Below, piece by piece: positions 11,633 through 21,225 of a DNA stretch of 64,000 bases; the stretch's first letter is position 1, and each line of letters opens with the position of its first letter. The translations under genes were made by a program, and so were the position numbers. Source of the DNA: an uncultured Hormoscilla sp. (GTDB lineage Bacteria; Cyanobacteriota; Cyanobacteriia; Cyanobacteriales; Desertifilaceae); assembly GCA_963921275.4 (NCBI GenBank), contig OZ001293.3, positions 4,448,001-4,512,000 of the forward strand, given 5' to 3'. The notes under the pieces are model-generated. The model saw nothing but the letters and a program-made list of their open reading frames with translations, made no database searches and was not told the origin of the DNA.

Positions 11633-13090
11633 ATGAGTATCCAAATCAGCAGAGGAATTCAACTGTCAGCTTTTGATGTGGAAATGCTGACCTCGGGCCA
11701 GCTAATTGCTGTGCCGTTCAAACAGTACAGGCAGAATGGCGAAATATTCTGGCTTTATCCCAGTCATCAACTACCAGATGCTCTCAGTTTGGAGCAATAC
11801 TATCAGCCGGAATATTTAATTAAGGTTGAGATGTCATTAGCAAAATGTCAAACCTATCCCCTCCAAATTGAGGTTTGGGGACGTTGCGAAGAACATTGGC
11901 ATGTTACGCCAGAGCAAAGGCATCTTTTACCTCAGATTGCTGCGTCAACGGTCTGGAATTTGAGTGCCTTGGAATATATGTTTGAACAGCATCAAGTTCT
12001 CAAGCTGTTGTTTTTGCGAGTCTATCGTTTGTCCAGTCCTTGTCTGGTTAATGTGCCGCCTAAACCAGCTCCTTTCTTCTTCCCTCAGTCGGAGGATGTA
12101 ATGACGATCGCAAATACTACGGATATTCCAGTGGTCTCGGAAGCCAGTTTTAACAGGCGTAAAGCTCTTTTGTTGGCGGGAGAGGTTCATCCCGATCGGG
12201 ACTTGGAGATGTTGCAACTGCAAGTTTCGGAAATTAACTGTGATAACTCGGCTGCTGGACAGCTACAGTCGGATATTAATGTATTTTTGGGATGGACTGG
12301 GGAGGCGGTAACCTTGAAACCCGATCGGGATTTAGATTGGATTAAGCAAATTGCTGCTGTGGGCAATTCTAGCGATGGCAATGAGTTTGAAAAGCTAGTC
12401 CGCAAAGGTTTGATTCTGCTGGGATTTTCTAATGATAACAGTAATCCCCAAATCAGTCTGGACCCAGAGGCAACGGGGGGCGCTGGGGGTTTAGACTTTT
12501 ATTGTGCATCTCCTTATCCTGTGGTGGGAGAATGTAAAGCAACGAAAACGGAAAAGGTGCCGGATGGAACGGCTGCACAGTTAATTAAGCTGGGCTATAA
12601 GCACCTTCAGGAAAGGTATGATGATTGTGTTAAGTTAATTATCGCCGCTGGGGAACTAACGCCAGCGGCTCGCCAAACTGCTGAGGGGAACAAAATAAGC
12701 GTGATTAGTCCGGAAATTCTGCAACGTATGGTAGAAATGCAAGCTAAGTATCCAGGTTGTATTGATTTGATGAAGCTTAAGGAATGCTTGCAAGGTGCTT
12801 ATGGTTTGGCTGACGAACAGGTGGCACAATATCTGCAACAGGTGCGCGGCGAAATTGAGTTGCGATCGCGCATTGTGGACTTAGTGAAAAACTACCTGGA
12901 AAACTCAAAGTCTGATAGTGCGGGTGTAGAAAGTTTACATGGTGCTTATTTTAGTTCTAACCCGCCTCAGTCATTAACCCCAGAACAACTGCAGGAAATT
13001 TTGATTGAACTTTCGTCCCCGCTGACCGGTTATTTGGGTAGGAAGGGCGATCGCTTTTATTTCCTGCGCCCTTTGCTGATGGATGCTTGA
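11633..13090 (+). CDS. DUF1802-like protein with C-terminal PD-(D/E)xK restriction-endonuclease-like domain
   Basis: FWLYPS and LFLRVYRL N-terminal motifs; FEKLVRKGL...GGLDFY...VGECKA nuclease motif. Confidence 0.7.
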   Translation: MSIQISRGIQLSAFDVEMLTSGQLIAVPFKQYRQNGEIFWLYPSHQLPDALSLEQYYQPEYLIKVEMSLAKCQTYPLQIEVWGRCEEHWHVTPEQRHLLPQIAASTVWNLSALEYMFEQHQVLKLLFLRVYRLSSPCLVNVPPKPAPFFFPQSEDVMTIANTTDIPVVSEASFNRRKALLLAGEVHPDRDLEMLQLQVSEINCDNSAAGQLQSDINVFLGWTGEAVTLKPDRDLDWIKQIAAVGNSSDGNEFEKLVRKGLILLGFSNDNSNPQISLDPEATGGAGGLDFYCASPYPVVGECKATKTEKVPDGTAAQLIKLGYKHLQERYDDCVKLIIAAGELTPAARQTAEGNKISVISPEILQRMVEMQAKYPGCIDLMKLKECLQGAYGLADEQVAQYLQQVRGEIELRSRIVDLVKNYLENSKSDSAGVESLHGAYFSSNPPQSLTPEQLQEILIELSSPLTGYLGRKGDRFYFLRPLLMDA

Positions 13091-13115
13091 GGGCGACGAT
13101 CTAATGGCGCGACCC

Positions 13116-14152
13116 AGAAACCGGGTTTCTTAATTCAACATCGAGATGCTAACAGGCGATCGCCCCCCATAACAGAAATTATCAAATATCTTGACCTGAC
13201 CAGTATTGTAGGGGCACAGCGCCAGCGTATCCATAACATAACTATATTAACCAAAAGATATCTATTGCCATGCCCCGGCTGGACATTGGCGATCGCATCC
13301 CGGCAGTTCCGAAGCGATCGCCTCCTGGCCGGGGCACGGCGGGGTTTGAGTAACTGTCACTCCTCACGTTGGGATAAGCGTAGAAATCCGGTTTCTTCGA
13401 TCGCCTCTACCACTCTCGCTAGTACCCCCCTGTGAAGGTGTGGTCATGCGTCAGTTGGGGGTCAGAAACCGGGTAAGGGAAGTTTATGGCTGCTTTTTGC
13501 CCCTAATTTGATATCGAAGAAACCCGGTTTCTTGTCTGCTGACTATCAACTACTTGTGACCACCCTCGCACATGGGGTGGCGATCGCATGTGGCCGGGGC
13601 ACAGCAAGCTTGGCAACAAAAACTTTCTGAGGTTCTTATCCTCAACCGTGTCCTCAACCGCGACCTCAACCGCGACCTCAACCGCGACCTCAACCGCGAC
13701 CTCAACCAGAAAATTGAAGCAGACAAGGCTAGTGATTTACTCTTGATCTACTTTCGTTTACTGTTCGTGATTGTCATCTATCATCTGCTATCAGAAATTT
13801 TCGAACAGGTATCTAAAAATAGAAAGGCACGCAAATCTATTAATTTAGATAGTAGAGAATGCAAAGCTATCCGTATTAAGTATGCAGATAGGATAAATGA
13901 AGTTTTCCCGCTTTATGCTTTCTTGGCTTTGCTAGATGAGCGACAGCAAGGGCGAATGCCAGCGTGGGAGGGTATTCGGATAGTTCGGGAGAGGGTGGAA
14001 TGACAGTGACCAGTTATCAGTTACCAGTTACCCGGGAGTGGGGAATATAAACGTGAGAGTCCTGGAACATCGGTCGCGTGAGGGCTAGAAACCGGGTTTT
14101 TCGTCAGGCGATCAACGAGAGATCAATGCTTTTACCAGAGAAACCCGGTTTC
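13116..14152. repeat. Cluster of AGAAACCGGGTTTCT-type palindromic (REP-like) repeats
   Basis: Copies near 13116, 13382, 13464, 13518, 14088, 14140; also near 46987 and 47007. Confidence 0.75.
13620..14003 (+). pseudogene. C-terminal fragment of a larger, probably NACHT-associated, protein with a 12-bp tandem repeat
   Basis: CCTCAACCGCGA x4-5 encoding LNRD; ends MPAWEGIRIVRERVE; no credible N-terminus. Confidence 0.4.
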
Positions 14153-14190
14153 TTTACCGACGTTCTAGGTTCGGTTTTGATTGAGGAGGG

Positions 14191-14316
14191 ATGATGATAG
14201 AGAAAGGAGACTCTTGGCAGGCGGGGATTGAGATATTGAAGCAAAATCGAGATAAACTAGAAGCTCAACTAGGGAAAAATCAAGTAGAGCGACTACTGTT
14301 TAATCTGGAAGAAATT
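14191..14316 (+). pseudogene. Truncated duplicate of 14897-15226
   Basis: First ~42 codons nearly identical to the 14897 ORF, then replaced by a palindromic element. Confidence 0.8.
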
Positions 14317-14388
14317 GTAGGTTGGGTTGAGGCACGAAACCCAACAGCACCAACAGGTTGGGTTAAGCGCCAGCGAAACCCAACCTAC
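14317..14388. repeat. REP-like doublet palindrome
   Basis: GTAGGTTGGGTT...AACCCAAC...GTTGGGTT...AACCCAACCTAC. Confidence 0.8.
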
Positions 14389-14490
14389 GGGGATAAGGGA
14401 TGATGGGGCCCGATCGCCTCTTCCCAAAGTGAGAATGGCAGGCGATCACGCTTTATGCTATGCTATAATTAAGGAGAAATAAAAACCAAC

Positions 14491-14880
14491 ATGATTAGCA
14501 GATTCACATTAGAGATTCCGGTTCACTGGCAGGTTTGCTATAATCTGCTCAGCCTTGTGAGCACTGTATTCAAGCTTGCTCAGCGGGTCAAGAAAAAAGT
14601 CAAAGCACTTTTTGAAGAAATGACCGTGCATCTGGCGAGGCTACTGGGAGAGACGGTTGCCGGAGAACCCCCCGATCATCAAGATAATCGCGATCAGGAT
14701 CTTTCCCACTGGTGGAAGGAAATTAAAAACTTTGCTATGCAAATCAAAAGAGAAAGTCTTTCTGAAGCTCAACTACGGAAAATTATTGAAGACCGTTCAG
14801 AAGATGTAGATGCCGTTATAGAAGCTTTAGAGAAAGCATCTGAGATAATGGAAGAGTCTACACCAACTTTGTTTAAGTAA
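14491..14880 (+). CDS. Hypothetical protein, weak DUF29-like resemblance
   Basis: HLARLL...HWWKEIKNFAMQI helical motif. Confidence 0.45.
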   Translation: MISRFTLEIPVHWQVCYNLLSLVSTVFKLAQRVKKKVKALFEEMTVHLARLLGETVAGEPPDHQDNRDQDLSHWWKEIKNFAMQIKRESLSEAQLRKIIEDRSEDVDAVIEALEKASEIMEESTPTLFK

Positions 14881-14896
14881 AATTGATTAAAGAGGG

Positions 14897-15226
14897 ATGA
14901 TGATGGAGAAAGGAGACTCTTGGAGAGCCGGAATTGAGATGTTGAAGCAAAATCGAGATAAACTAGAAGCTCAACTAGGAAAAAATCAAGTAGAGCGACT
15001 ACTGTTTAATCTGGAAGAAATTAGCTTAGACATGACAAAATGCGTTAACCGCCTAATAAATTGTGCTAGTCAGGATGCTAAGTTAGAGGAGCTGTCAGAA
15101 ATATTTGACTGGTTTCAATATGGTTCTATTCCTCATATTTTAGGACATCTGGAAACCATTGAGGAAATCCTCGATCGTCATCGGGTTGGCGAAGATCCTG
15201 AAAGTATGGTTCAGTTGAAAAATTAG
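14897..15226 (+). CDS. Hypothetical protein
   Basis: 109-aa ORF with GAGG ribosome-binding site, 16 bp after the previous gene. Confidence 0.6.
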   Translation: MMMEKGDSWRAGIEMLKQNRDKLEAQLGKNQVERLLFNLEEISLDMTKCVNRLINCASQDAKLEELSEIFDWFQYGSIPHILGHLETIEEILDRHRVGEDPESMVQLKN

Positions 15227-15281
15227 GGATGATGGGGCCCGATCGCCTCTTCCCAAAGGGGGAATAACAGGCGATCGCCTC

Positions 15282-15926
15282 TTACAAAGCCTGAAATTGT
15301 TGCCACAACCAAGTCCCCACTTGAGATTGATCCTGTTCTCGACTGCGGCGTAAAGCTTCTGCCAACAACTCGACGGACAACCCAGGCAAAACCTGAGACT
15401 CAGTAATGCTTCGACTGCCACCACCAGCAACTGCAAATGCCCTCAACTGCGCCGACTCCACATCCACCACCCAGTATTCTCCCACTGAGACTTCTTCATA
15501 TAGTAGCCGCTTATTGCCTAAATCGTGAGAAAGGGTAGTATCGGCAACTTCGATCGCCAAAGAAGGCGGCGGATATTGGTTTAAGTCTACAACCTTAGTC
15601 CCTCTAGGAACTACCCGGGCAAGTTCGCCAATATAATAAGAAACATCTGGCTGACATTCCAGCACCCCAGCCTGACGAAAGCTACAGTTAATTAGCCCAT
15701 TGAGAGGAATGCCTTTAATCGTACCAAACAAGTTGACAGCCAAAAAAATTATGCCTTTATCGCACGAACGATCGTATCCTGTAGCCATGGTTTCAATCAG
15801 CATCCGTCCTTTGTAATAATAACCACGAGCCTTTTCATAAGCCCGATCGTTAATCAACTCTATATACTCTTCCCAACTTGCGATCGCCCATATGTCTGTG
15901 GGTAATTGTGTGGACGTGGTTTTCAT
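15282..15926 (-). CDS. Uma2 family endonuclease
   Basis: QPDVSYY, PPSLAIEVADTT, KRLLYEE, EYWVVDV. Confidence 0.9.
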   Translation of the reverse strand: MKTTSTQLPTDIWAIASWEEYIELINDRAYEKARGYYYKGRMLIETMATGYDRSCDKGIIFLAVNLFGTIKGIPLNGLINCSFRQAGVLECQPDVSYYIGELARVVPRGTKVVDLNQYPPPSLAIEVADTTLSHDLGNKRLLYEEVSVGEYWVVDVESAQLRAFAVAGGGSRSITESQVLPGLSVELLAEALRRSREQDQSQVGTWLWQQFQAL

Positions 15927-16184
15927 GTACTACCTCCTCCTGGTTCTTTGACTGACTCCCTTCGCTGTTAGCCCGCAGGGGGTTCAAACTGCTAATAGCT
16001 AAAGTCGGTTAAAAACCGACTAAAAATAATATAGAACAATATTGCGATCGCTCTCAATCAATTATATGATTTATCCAGGGGGGGAATGCGATCGCCTCTT
16101 TTTTATGATTCCCCCGATCGCCCGGACTGGATATTTTTGTTGAGTCATACTTCAACTTTATCCTGTCGATCGAGCAGAACACAA

Positions 16185-16838
16185 TTATAGCAAACCCGGA
16201 GGTGGCGCTATCTCCATTCTCCGATTGTCCAAGTCTACTACCGGCACAATTTCCTTGACAAAGGGAATCAAAACCGTAACTGGTTTCCCTGGTTTTTGCC
16301 GCTTTTTTTTAATTTTACTCTTTCTATTCGGAATGGGGGCATTTGATTTATCCGACTGCGATATCTTCTGGGTAGTGCGGGTAGCGCTCCCAGAAGATAT
16401 CGCAGGTTCTGGTTGTTTGTGCCACTGCACTTCTAGGAGATCGTTCCCCGCTGGTATTATATCTACTACAACCCCGATCGCCTCTCCTGTCAGTTGGTTA
16501 AATACTTCCAGCTTCAGCAAGTCTCTCACGTGATATTCGTCCTCTTTTAGCAGGGGGCGATCGCTATCTGGCACCAACAGTTTTGCATCTCGCAAAGCTT
16601 CTGCTTGGTCCCGATATTCTATCCCTGCCAATTCTACCACATATAAACCCTTCCCCGGAATATAGCGTCCCCCCAGCAATTCTACCGGTTCCGGTTCCCG
16701 ATCGCCCTGTTGTAGCCATCTCCTGCCGGGTTCGAGAAACCGTTCGGGAAAGTCAGTATTAGGATAAACTCGCACTTCCCCATCCAGGGCGTGGGGCGCA
16801 ACTATTGTACCAATTTCTATCCATTCTTCATTGCTCAT
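16185..16838 (-). CDS. rimM: 16S rRNA processing protein
   Basis: IGTIVAPHALDGEVRV, TDFPERF, GNDLLEV, LIPFVKEIVPVVD. Confidence 0.95.
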   Translation of the reverse strand: MSNEEWIEIGTIVAPHALDGEVRVYPNTDFPERFLEPGRRWLQQGDREPEPVELLGGRYIPGKGLYVVELAGIEYRDQAEALRDAKLLVPDSDRPLLKEDEYHVRDLLKLEVFNQLTGEAIGVVVDIIPAGNDLLEVQWHKQPEPAISSGSATRTTQKISQSDKSNAPIPNRKSKIKKKRQKPGKPVTVLIPFVKEIVPVVDLDNRRMEIAPPPGLL

Positions 16839-16848
16839 TTGTTAATTC

Positions 16849-16918
16849 CGTTTGTAGTGAGGACTTTAGTCCTCATCCGCGAGTTAGGGAGATAAGGACT
16901 AAAGTCCTTACTACGAAC
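16849..16918. repeat. Palindromic intergenic element
   Basis: GTTTGTAGTGAGGACTTTAGTCCTCATC...GATAAGGACTAAAGTCCTTACTACGAAC inverted repeat. Confidence 0.7.
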
Positions 16919-16924
16919 CTTTAT

Positions 16925-18196
16925 TTACGAACCTTTATTATTATACACTTCTTCTACGACTTTTGCCAAGCGACCCATTCCCGTTACAATTTCATCATTC
17001 GTCGCTGTCAGGCTAATTCTCATGCACTCTTGCTTGTGTTGCCATTCTGACCGCAAACCTGGGAAAAATGGACTCCCTGGCACTACTATCACTCCTACTT
17101 TCTTCAGCTTTTGGTAAAATTTCCAATCAGTTATTGGTAAATCTTGCAACCACAACCATGCAAATATTGCCCCTTCGCCCCGATGCAGGAACCAGGGTAA
17201 TTCTTTGGGCATTACTTCATCCAATGTCGATTCTAAAACATCGAACTTTTTATGGTAAAATGGACGAATTACCTCATCTGATATCTTCCCGAGTTTACCA
17301 GACTTAATCGCCCTTGCCGCGATCGCCTGTCCGTAGCGCGAGGAATGGATGCACAAATTTGTCTGAAATGACTCCAACACTCGCAGCACTTTCGACGGTC
17401 CGATCGCCACTCCAATCCGTTCTCCTGGCAGTCCCGCCTTTGATAAACTCAGACAATGGACGATATTATCTCCAAATACTGGCGTCATACCCCTGAAGTT
17501 CAGGGCCGGATAGGGCGGGCCATAGGCCGAGTCGATGAACACTGGTACATTAGAGGCGATCGCGCCAATTTTTTTCACCTCATCATCTGTCAAAACATTT
17601 CCCGTAGGGTTGCAGGGGCGAGAGAAGATAACGCAACCCGTATTTTCGGTAATTTGCAGTTGACTGAAGTCTGGGCGATACTTGAACCGATGGGATGTCA
17701 TTTCTATAGTTGGTTTATAGGCATATACTACATCTGGGGTCAAGCTAATCGATCCGTATCCCGTGTAATCTGGACTCAAAGGTAACACAATTTCCTTGAG
17801 AGTGCCATCAGGAGTATAGCCGCCAAAGACATTCGCCGCAAAAAAATAGATTGATTGACTTCCAGGCGTAATCAGGATATTGCGATCGCCCAGTTGCCAC
17901 CCGTAGCGCTGGTTAAAATCATCCTTGACCGCCTCAATCAAAGGCTGATATCCTTGAGATAGGCCGTAGCGACAAACCACCTCACCGTATTCCTGACTAG
18001 ATAGCAGTTCTGCCGTACAATCACGCCACAACTGCTCTACTTCTGGTAATATAACTGGATTTCCCGCACTCAGATTAATAAAATTCTGCCCCTTCCCAGC
18101 TTGTAAAGTTTCGATGATATCTTTCATAATTGCCCGCACCCCGCTGAGGTGGGACATGTTCACGCCAAATTGAGTCAGTACAGGTTCCATAGGCAT
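16925..18196 (-). CDS. avtA: Valine-pyruvate aminotransferase
   Basis: NLSAGNP, SRPCNPTGNV, IDSAYG, SLSKAGLPGERIG PLP-lysine motif. Confidence 0.92.
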   Translation of the reverse strand: MPMEPVLTQFGVNMSHLSGVRAIMKDIIETLQAGKGQNFINLSAGNPVILPEVEQLWRDCTAELLSSQEYGEVVCRYGLSQGYQPLIEAVKDDFNQRYGWQLGDRNILITPGSQSIYFFAANVFGGYTPDGTLKEIVLPLSPDYTGYGSISLTPDVVYAYKPTIEMTSHRFKYRPDFSQLQITENTGCVIFSRPCNPTGNVLTDDEVKKIGAIASNVPVFIDSAYGPPYPALNFRGMTPVFGDNIVHCLSLSKAGLPGERIGVAIGPSKVLRVLESFQTNLCIHSSRYGQAIAARAIKSGKLGKISDEVIRPFYHKKFDVLESTLDEVMPKELPWFLHRGEGAIFAWLWLQDLPITDWKFYQKLKKVGVIVVPGSPFFPGLRSEWQHKQECMRISLTATNDEIVTGMGRLAKVVEEVYNNKGS

Positions 18197-18592
18197 AAGT
18201 AGTTCGTAGTTTGTAGTTCGTAGTTAGTTTTTAAGTCCTCTGATGCCGATGGCGCTACGCTGGCAGCCATGTGCCAGAATGTTTCACCATTTTTGGCAAA
18301 ATTGACCGAATAGGCAATTTAAATGCACGACAGCTTATTTTTTTATAGCACCGGTTCTTTGAGCTGAGTTTTCCCAACTCTTTCTCCATTCTAGTATCTG
18401 CTGAGTACATCATCCCAATATTTGAGGAAACCTGAGCTATGATGGTGTTATAGTAACATAACGTCGCAATAACCCGCAGAGGGTTAAAACCGGAGGCTAA
18501 AAGCTCAAGTCCACAAAGCTTGGACTAAACACTTTCTCTATCAGGCTTTCAGTCGGTATAACACCGACTTTAGCTATTAGCCGGGGGTTTGA

Positions 18593-18725
18593 AGATACTG
18601 TGGGGTAATTAACTGGGGGGTATGACCCCTTATCAGCTTCAAATGCTGATTGCGCTTGACTTTCCCCCCCCTCCCCCCCTCACCCCCTCAGAACGCCTTG
18701 AATTGGTAATTCGCCCACAGCATCT
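18593..18725. mobile_element. 133-bp MITE inserted in a hairpin repeat
   Basis: Inverted ends AGATACTGTGGGGTAATTA / TAATTCGCCCACAGCATCT; TTGA duplicated; removal restores the hairpin CCGGGGGTTTGAACCCCCGG. Confidence 0.8.
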
Positions 18726-18819
18726 TTGAACCCCCGGCGGGTCATGAGGCAAATCGAGAAGGATAATGCTGCAAAATATCATTGTCAAATATCCACATTA
18801 TATTGGCTGAGTCTACTTT

Positions 18820-19722
18820 ATGCAACCGATAGCTACTGAATTTTACTCTTGGCAGAATTATCGCTGTGCCTACTCCGTGCATTACCCAACTGCCCCCACT
18901 GCTGCTACCGGCATTCCCCTACTGTTAATTCATCCCATCGGGGTGGGATTATCGGGGCAGTTTTGGCGCAGATTCTGCTCCCAATGGTATCATCAAGGTC
19001 ACCGCAATCCCATTTACAATCCGGACTTACTAGGATGCGGTCAAAGCGATATGCCCCGCCTAGCTTACGATCCTACCGATTGGGCAGCTCAGTTGCAACA
19101 TTTTTTGCAGACTGTCATCCAAAAACCCGCCATTGTCTTCGTCCAAGGTGCCCTCTTACCAGTGGCGATCGCCTTAACCCAAAGCCAACCTAATTTGATT
19201 CGAGGACTGGTTTTATCTGGTCCTCCAGGTTGGCCGATAATGACCAAAAAGTCAAGCCCTTGGCAGCAACTACTTCTCTGGAATCTATTCTTTGATTCTC
19301 CTCTTGGTAATGCTTTCTATCGCTACGCCCGCCGTCGGCAATTCCTTGAATCTTTTTCTATACGCCAACTGTTTGCTGAGGTCTCCGGAGTCGATGGGTC
19401 CTGGTTAGATACCTTGGAAGCAGGTGCAGAAAATCCTGCTAGTCGCTATGCCGTGTTTTCCTTTCTCGCTGGGTTTTGGCGACAGGACTACGAAAGCGCG
19501 ATCGCCGCTATTTCTCAACCTACGTTGGTAGTTATCGGAGAGATAGCATCAAATATTAGCCCAGAAGGTAAGACAGAAACACCCGCTCTACGTCTAGCTG
19601 CTTATTTGCAATGCTTGCCAAATGGTCGCGGGGTGAAAATTCCCGGTCGGAACGTGTTACCTTATGAATCTACTGCGAAATTTGTGCGCGCGATCGCCCC
19701 ATTTGTCGCGGAGTTAAACTAA
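18820..19722 (+). CDS. Alpha/beta fold hydrolase
   Basis: LLLIHPIGVG, PDLLGCGQSD, PTLVVIGE, GRNVLPYE. Confidence 0.85.
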   Translation: MQPIATEFYSWQNYRCAYSVHYPTAPTAATGIPLLLIHPIGVGLSGQFWRRFCSQWYHQGHRNPIYNPDLLGCGQSDMPRLAYDPTDWAAQLQHFLQTVIQKPAIVFVQGALLPVAIALTQSQPNLIRGLVLSGPPGWPIMTKKSSPWQQLLLWNLFFDSPLGNAFYRYARRRQFLESFSIRQLFAEVSGVDGSWLDTLEAGAENPASRYAVFSFLAGFWRQDYESAIAAISQPTLVVIGEIASNISPEGKTETPALRLAAYLQCLPNGRGVKIPGRNVLPYESTAKFVRAIAPFVAELN

Positions 19723-20060
19723 CTCCCGGGAGGAGTATCCTGCTGAAAGTAAAGAGAGGATTTATAAAGCACTTGTTCTTGGTGAGTCAGCAGGGTACAA
19801 TCAGATAAAGGATAAGCTACGCATGTGACAATGTATCCTGCTGCCATCTCCGATGGACGGAGAAATTTTTGTTCCCTTTGATTCACTTCCCCACTCAAAA
19901 GCTGGGCAACACAAGCAGAACATTCTCCTTGCTTGCATCCAGAGGGTAAGCGGATCCCCGCCGACTCTGCTATGTCGAGGATATACTCGTTCTCGGGAAC
20001 CTCGATCGCGCGATCGAGATTAATTTTCTCATTCACGAGACGCACTTGATAAGCTGCCAT
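19719..20060 (-). CDS. 2Fe-2S ferredoxin
   Basis: LPSGCKQGECSACV...TCVAYPLSDC. Confidence 0.92.
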   Translation of the reverse strand: MAAYQVRLVNEKINLDRAIEVPENEYILDIAESAGIRLPSGCKQGECSACVAQLLSGEVNQREQKFLRPSEMAAGYIVTCVAYPLSDCTLLTHQEQVLYKSSLYFQQDTPPGS

Positions 20061-20382
20061 ATTAGATCTCCAGCGGATTTAATTTATCGGGCGATCGCCC
20101 AGAAAACTATTCAAACATAGATGGGAAATCTTATCAATGGCAAATGGCGCGATAATTCTCAATTCTCAATTCTCCATTCTCCATTAGCAATTAGCAAACT
20201 TAAACTATGCTACTCTCAGGCTACCACCAATGACACAGATAGCCGCCCGAGTGCGATCGTCTGAATAATCAACTATATCGAGTGTTAATTAGCACATTAA
20301 TTAGGCGAAAATCGCCGAGGATGTTAAATTTTGTAACGATTTTGTAACGAGCGTTCATCCTAGAGACAATAAATTTAGTAGA

Positions 20383-20664
20383 ATGAAGATCCAGAGACGA
20401 TCCATCCCCTGGGCTCGGCATGGTTCAGTCGAAATCTTTGTGGTTATGTTAATGTAACCAATGAAATTCTGATTGCTCAGATTACGAATATTCCCGGTTG
20501 GTACTTTGAGCGGGTTGTGTTCCCCAAGGAATATCTGTTGTTTGAAGCGCCCAGAAGCGACTCTGGAAATAGATCATGGGGAAATAAGCGGTGTTACCCT
20601 CCTGGATAAAATAGCCTGCGATCGCCTGCAAGTTGCGGAAGCATCAGAGCCAGTATTGGCATAA
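20383..20664 (+). pseudogene. DUF1830-like protein, frameshifted
   Basis: LCGYVNVTNEILIAQITNIPGWYFERVVFPKEYLLFEAP then a frame change (~20550) to PEATLEI...LDKIACDRLQV; start approximate. Confidence 0.7.
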
Positions 20665-20711
20665 GATAGGGAAAATTGTTAATTGGCAATTAACAATTTT
20701 CCAGTGGGAAA

Positions 20712-21188
20712 CTAGCAGTTAGTACCAACCGCTTCACAAGCTCCAATACTCACCCAACTGCTGGAACCATCGGCCCAATGTTCCTTTTTCCAGATGGGAG
20801 CGTTGTGCTTCAAAGTATCGATCGCGTACTGACAAGCTGCAAAAGCTTCGGCCCGGTGGGGACAACCCACAGCTACCAGGACGCTAATTTCTCCAAGCTG
20901 CAAGCGTCCCGTGCGATGGTGGATCGCCACCCGATTCACATCAGGCCAAGTCTCGCGAATCTGGGCGGCAATGTTACGAAATATCTGAATTGCCATTGGT
21001 TCGTAAGCCTGATATTCCAAGGCTACTACGGGTTTACCATCCGTCTGATTCCGTACCGTGCCACTCATCACGACTACCGCCCCGTTGGCCAGATCGTCTG
21101 CCAAGGCGTAGACTTCCTCTAGGGACAAGGGGGCAAAAGTAATGGCAAAACTGTCTTGAGAATGCGGTTGACTGGGGGCTACGATCAC
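20712..21188 (-). CDS. moaE: Molybdopterin synthase catalytic subunit
   Basis: GAVVVMSGTVRN, LEYQAYEPMA, HRTGRL, PIWKKEH. Confidence 0.95.
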   Translation of the reverse strand: MIVAPSQPHSQDSFAITFAPLSLEEVYALADDLANGAVVVMSGTVRNQTDGKPVVALEYQAYEPMAIQIFRNIAAQIRETWPDVNRVAIHHRTGRLQLGEISVLVAVGCPHRAEAFAACQYAIDTLKHNAPIWKKEHWADGSSSWVSIGACEAVGTNC

Positions 21189-21225
21189 GGTTGTGACTCC
21201 TTAATTCATCACTGCCATTTTCTAA

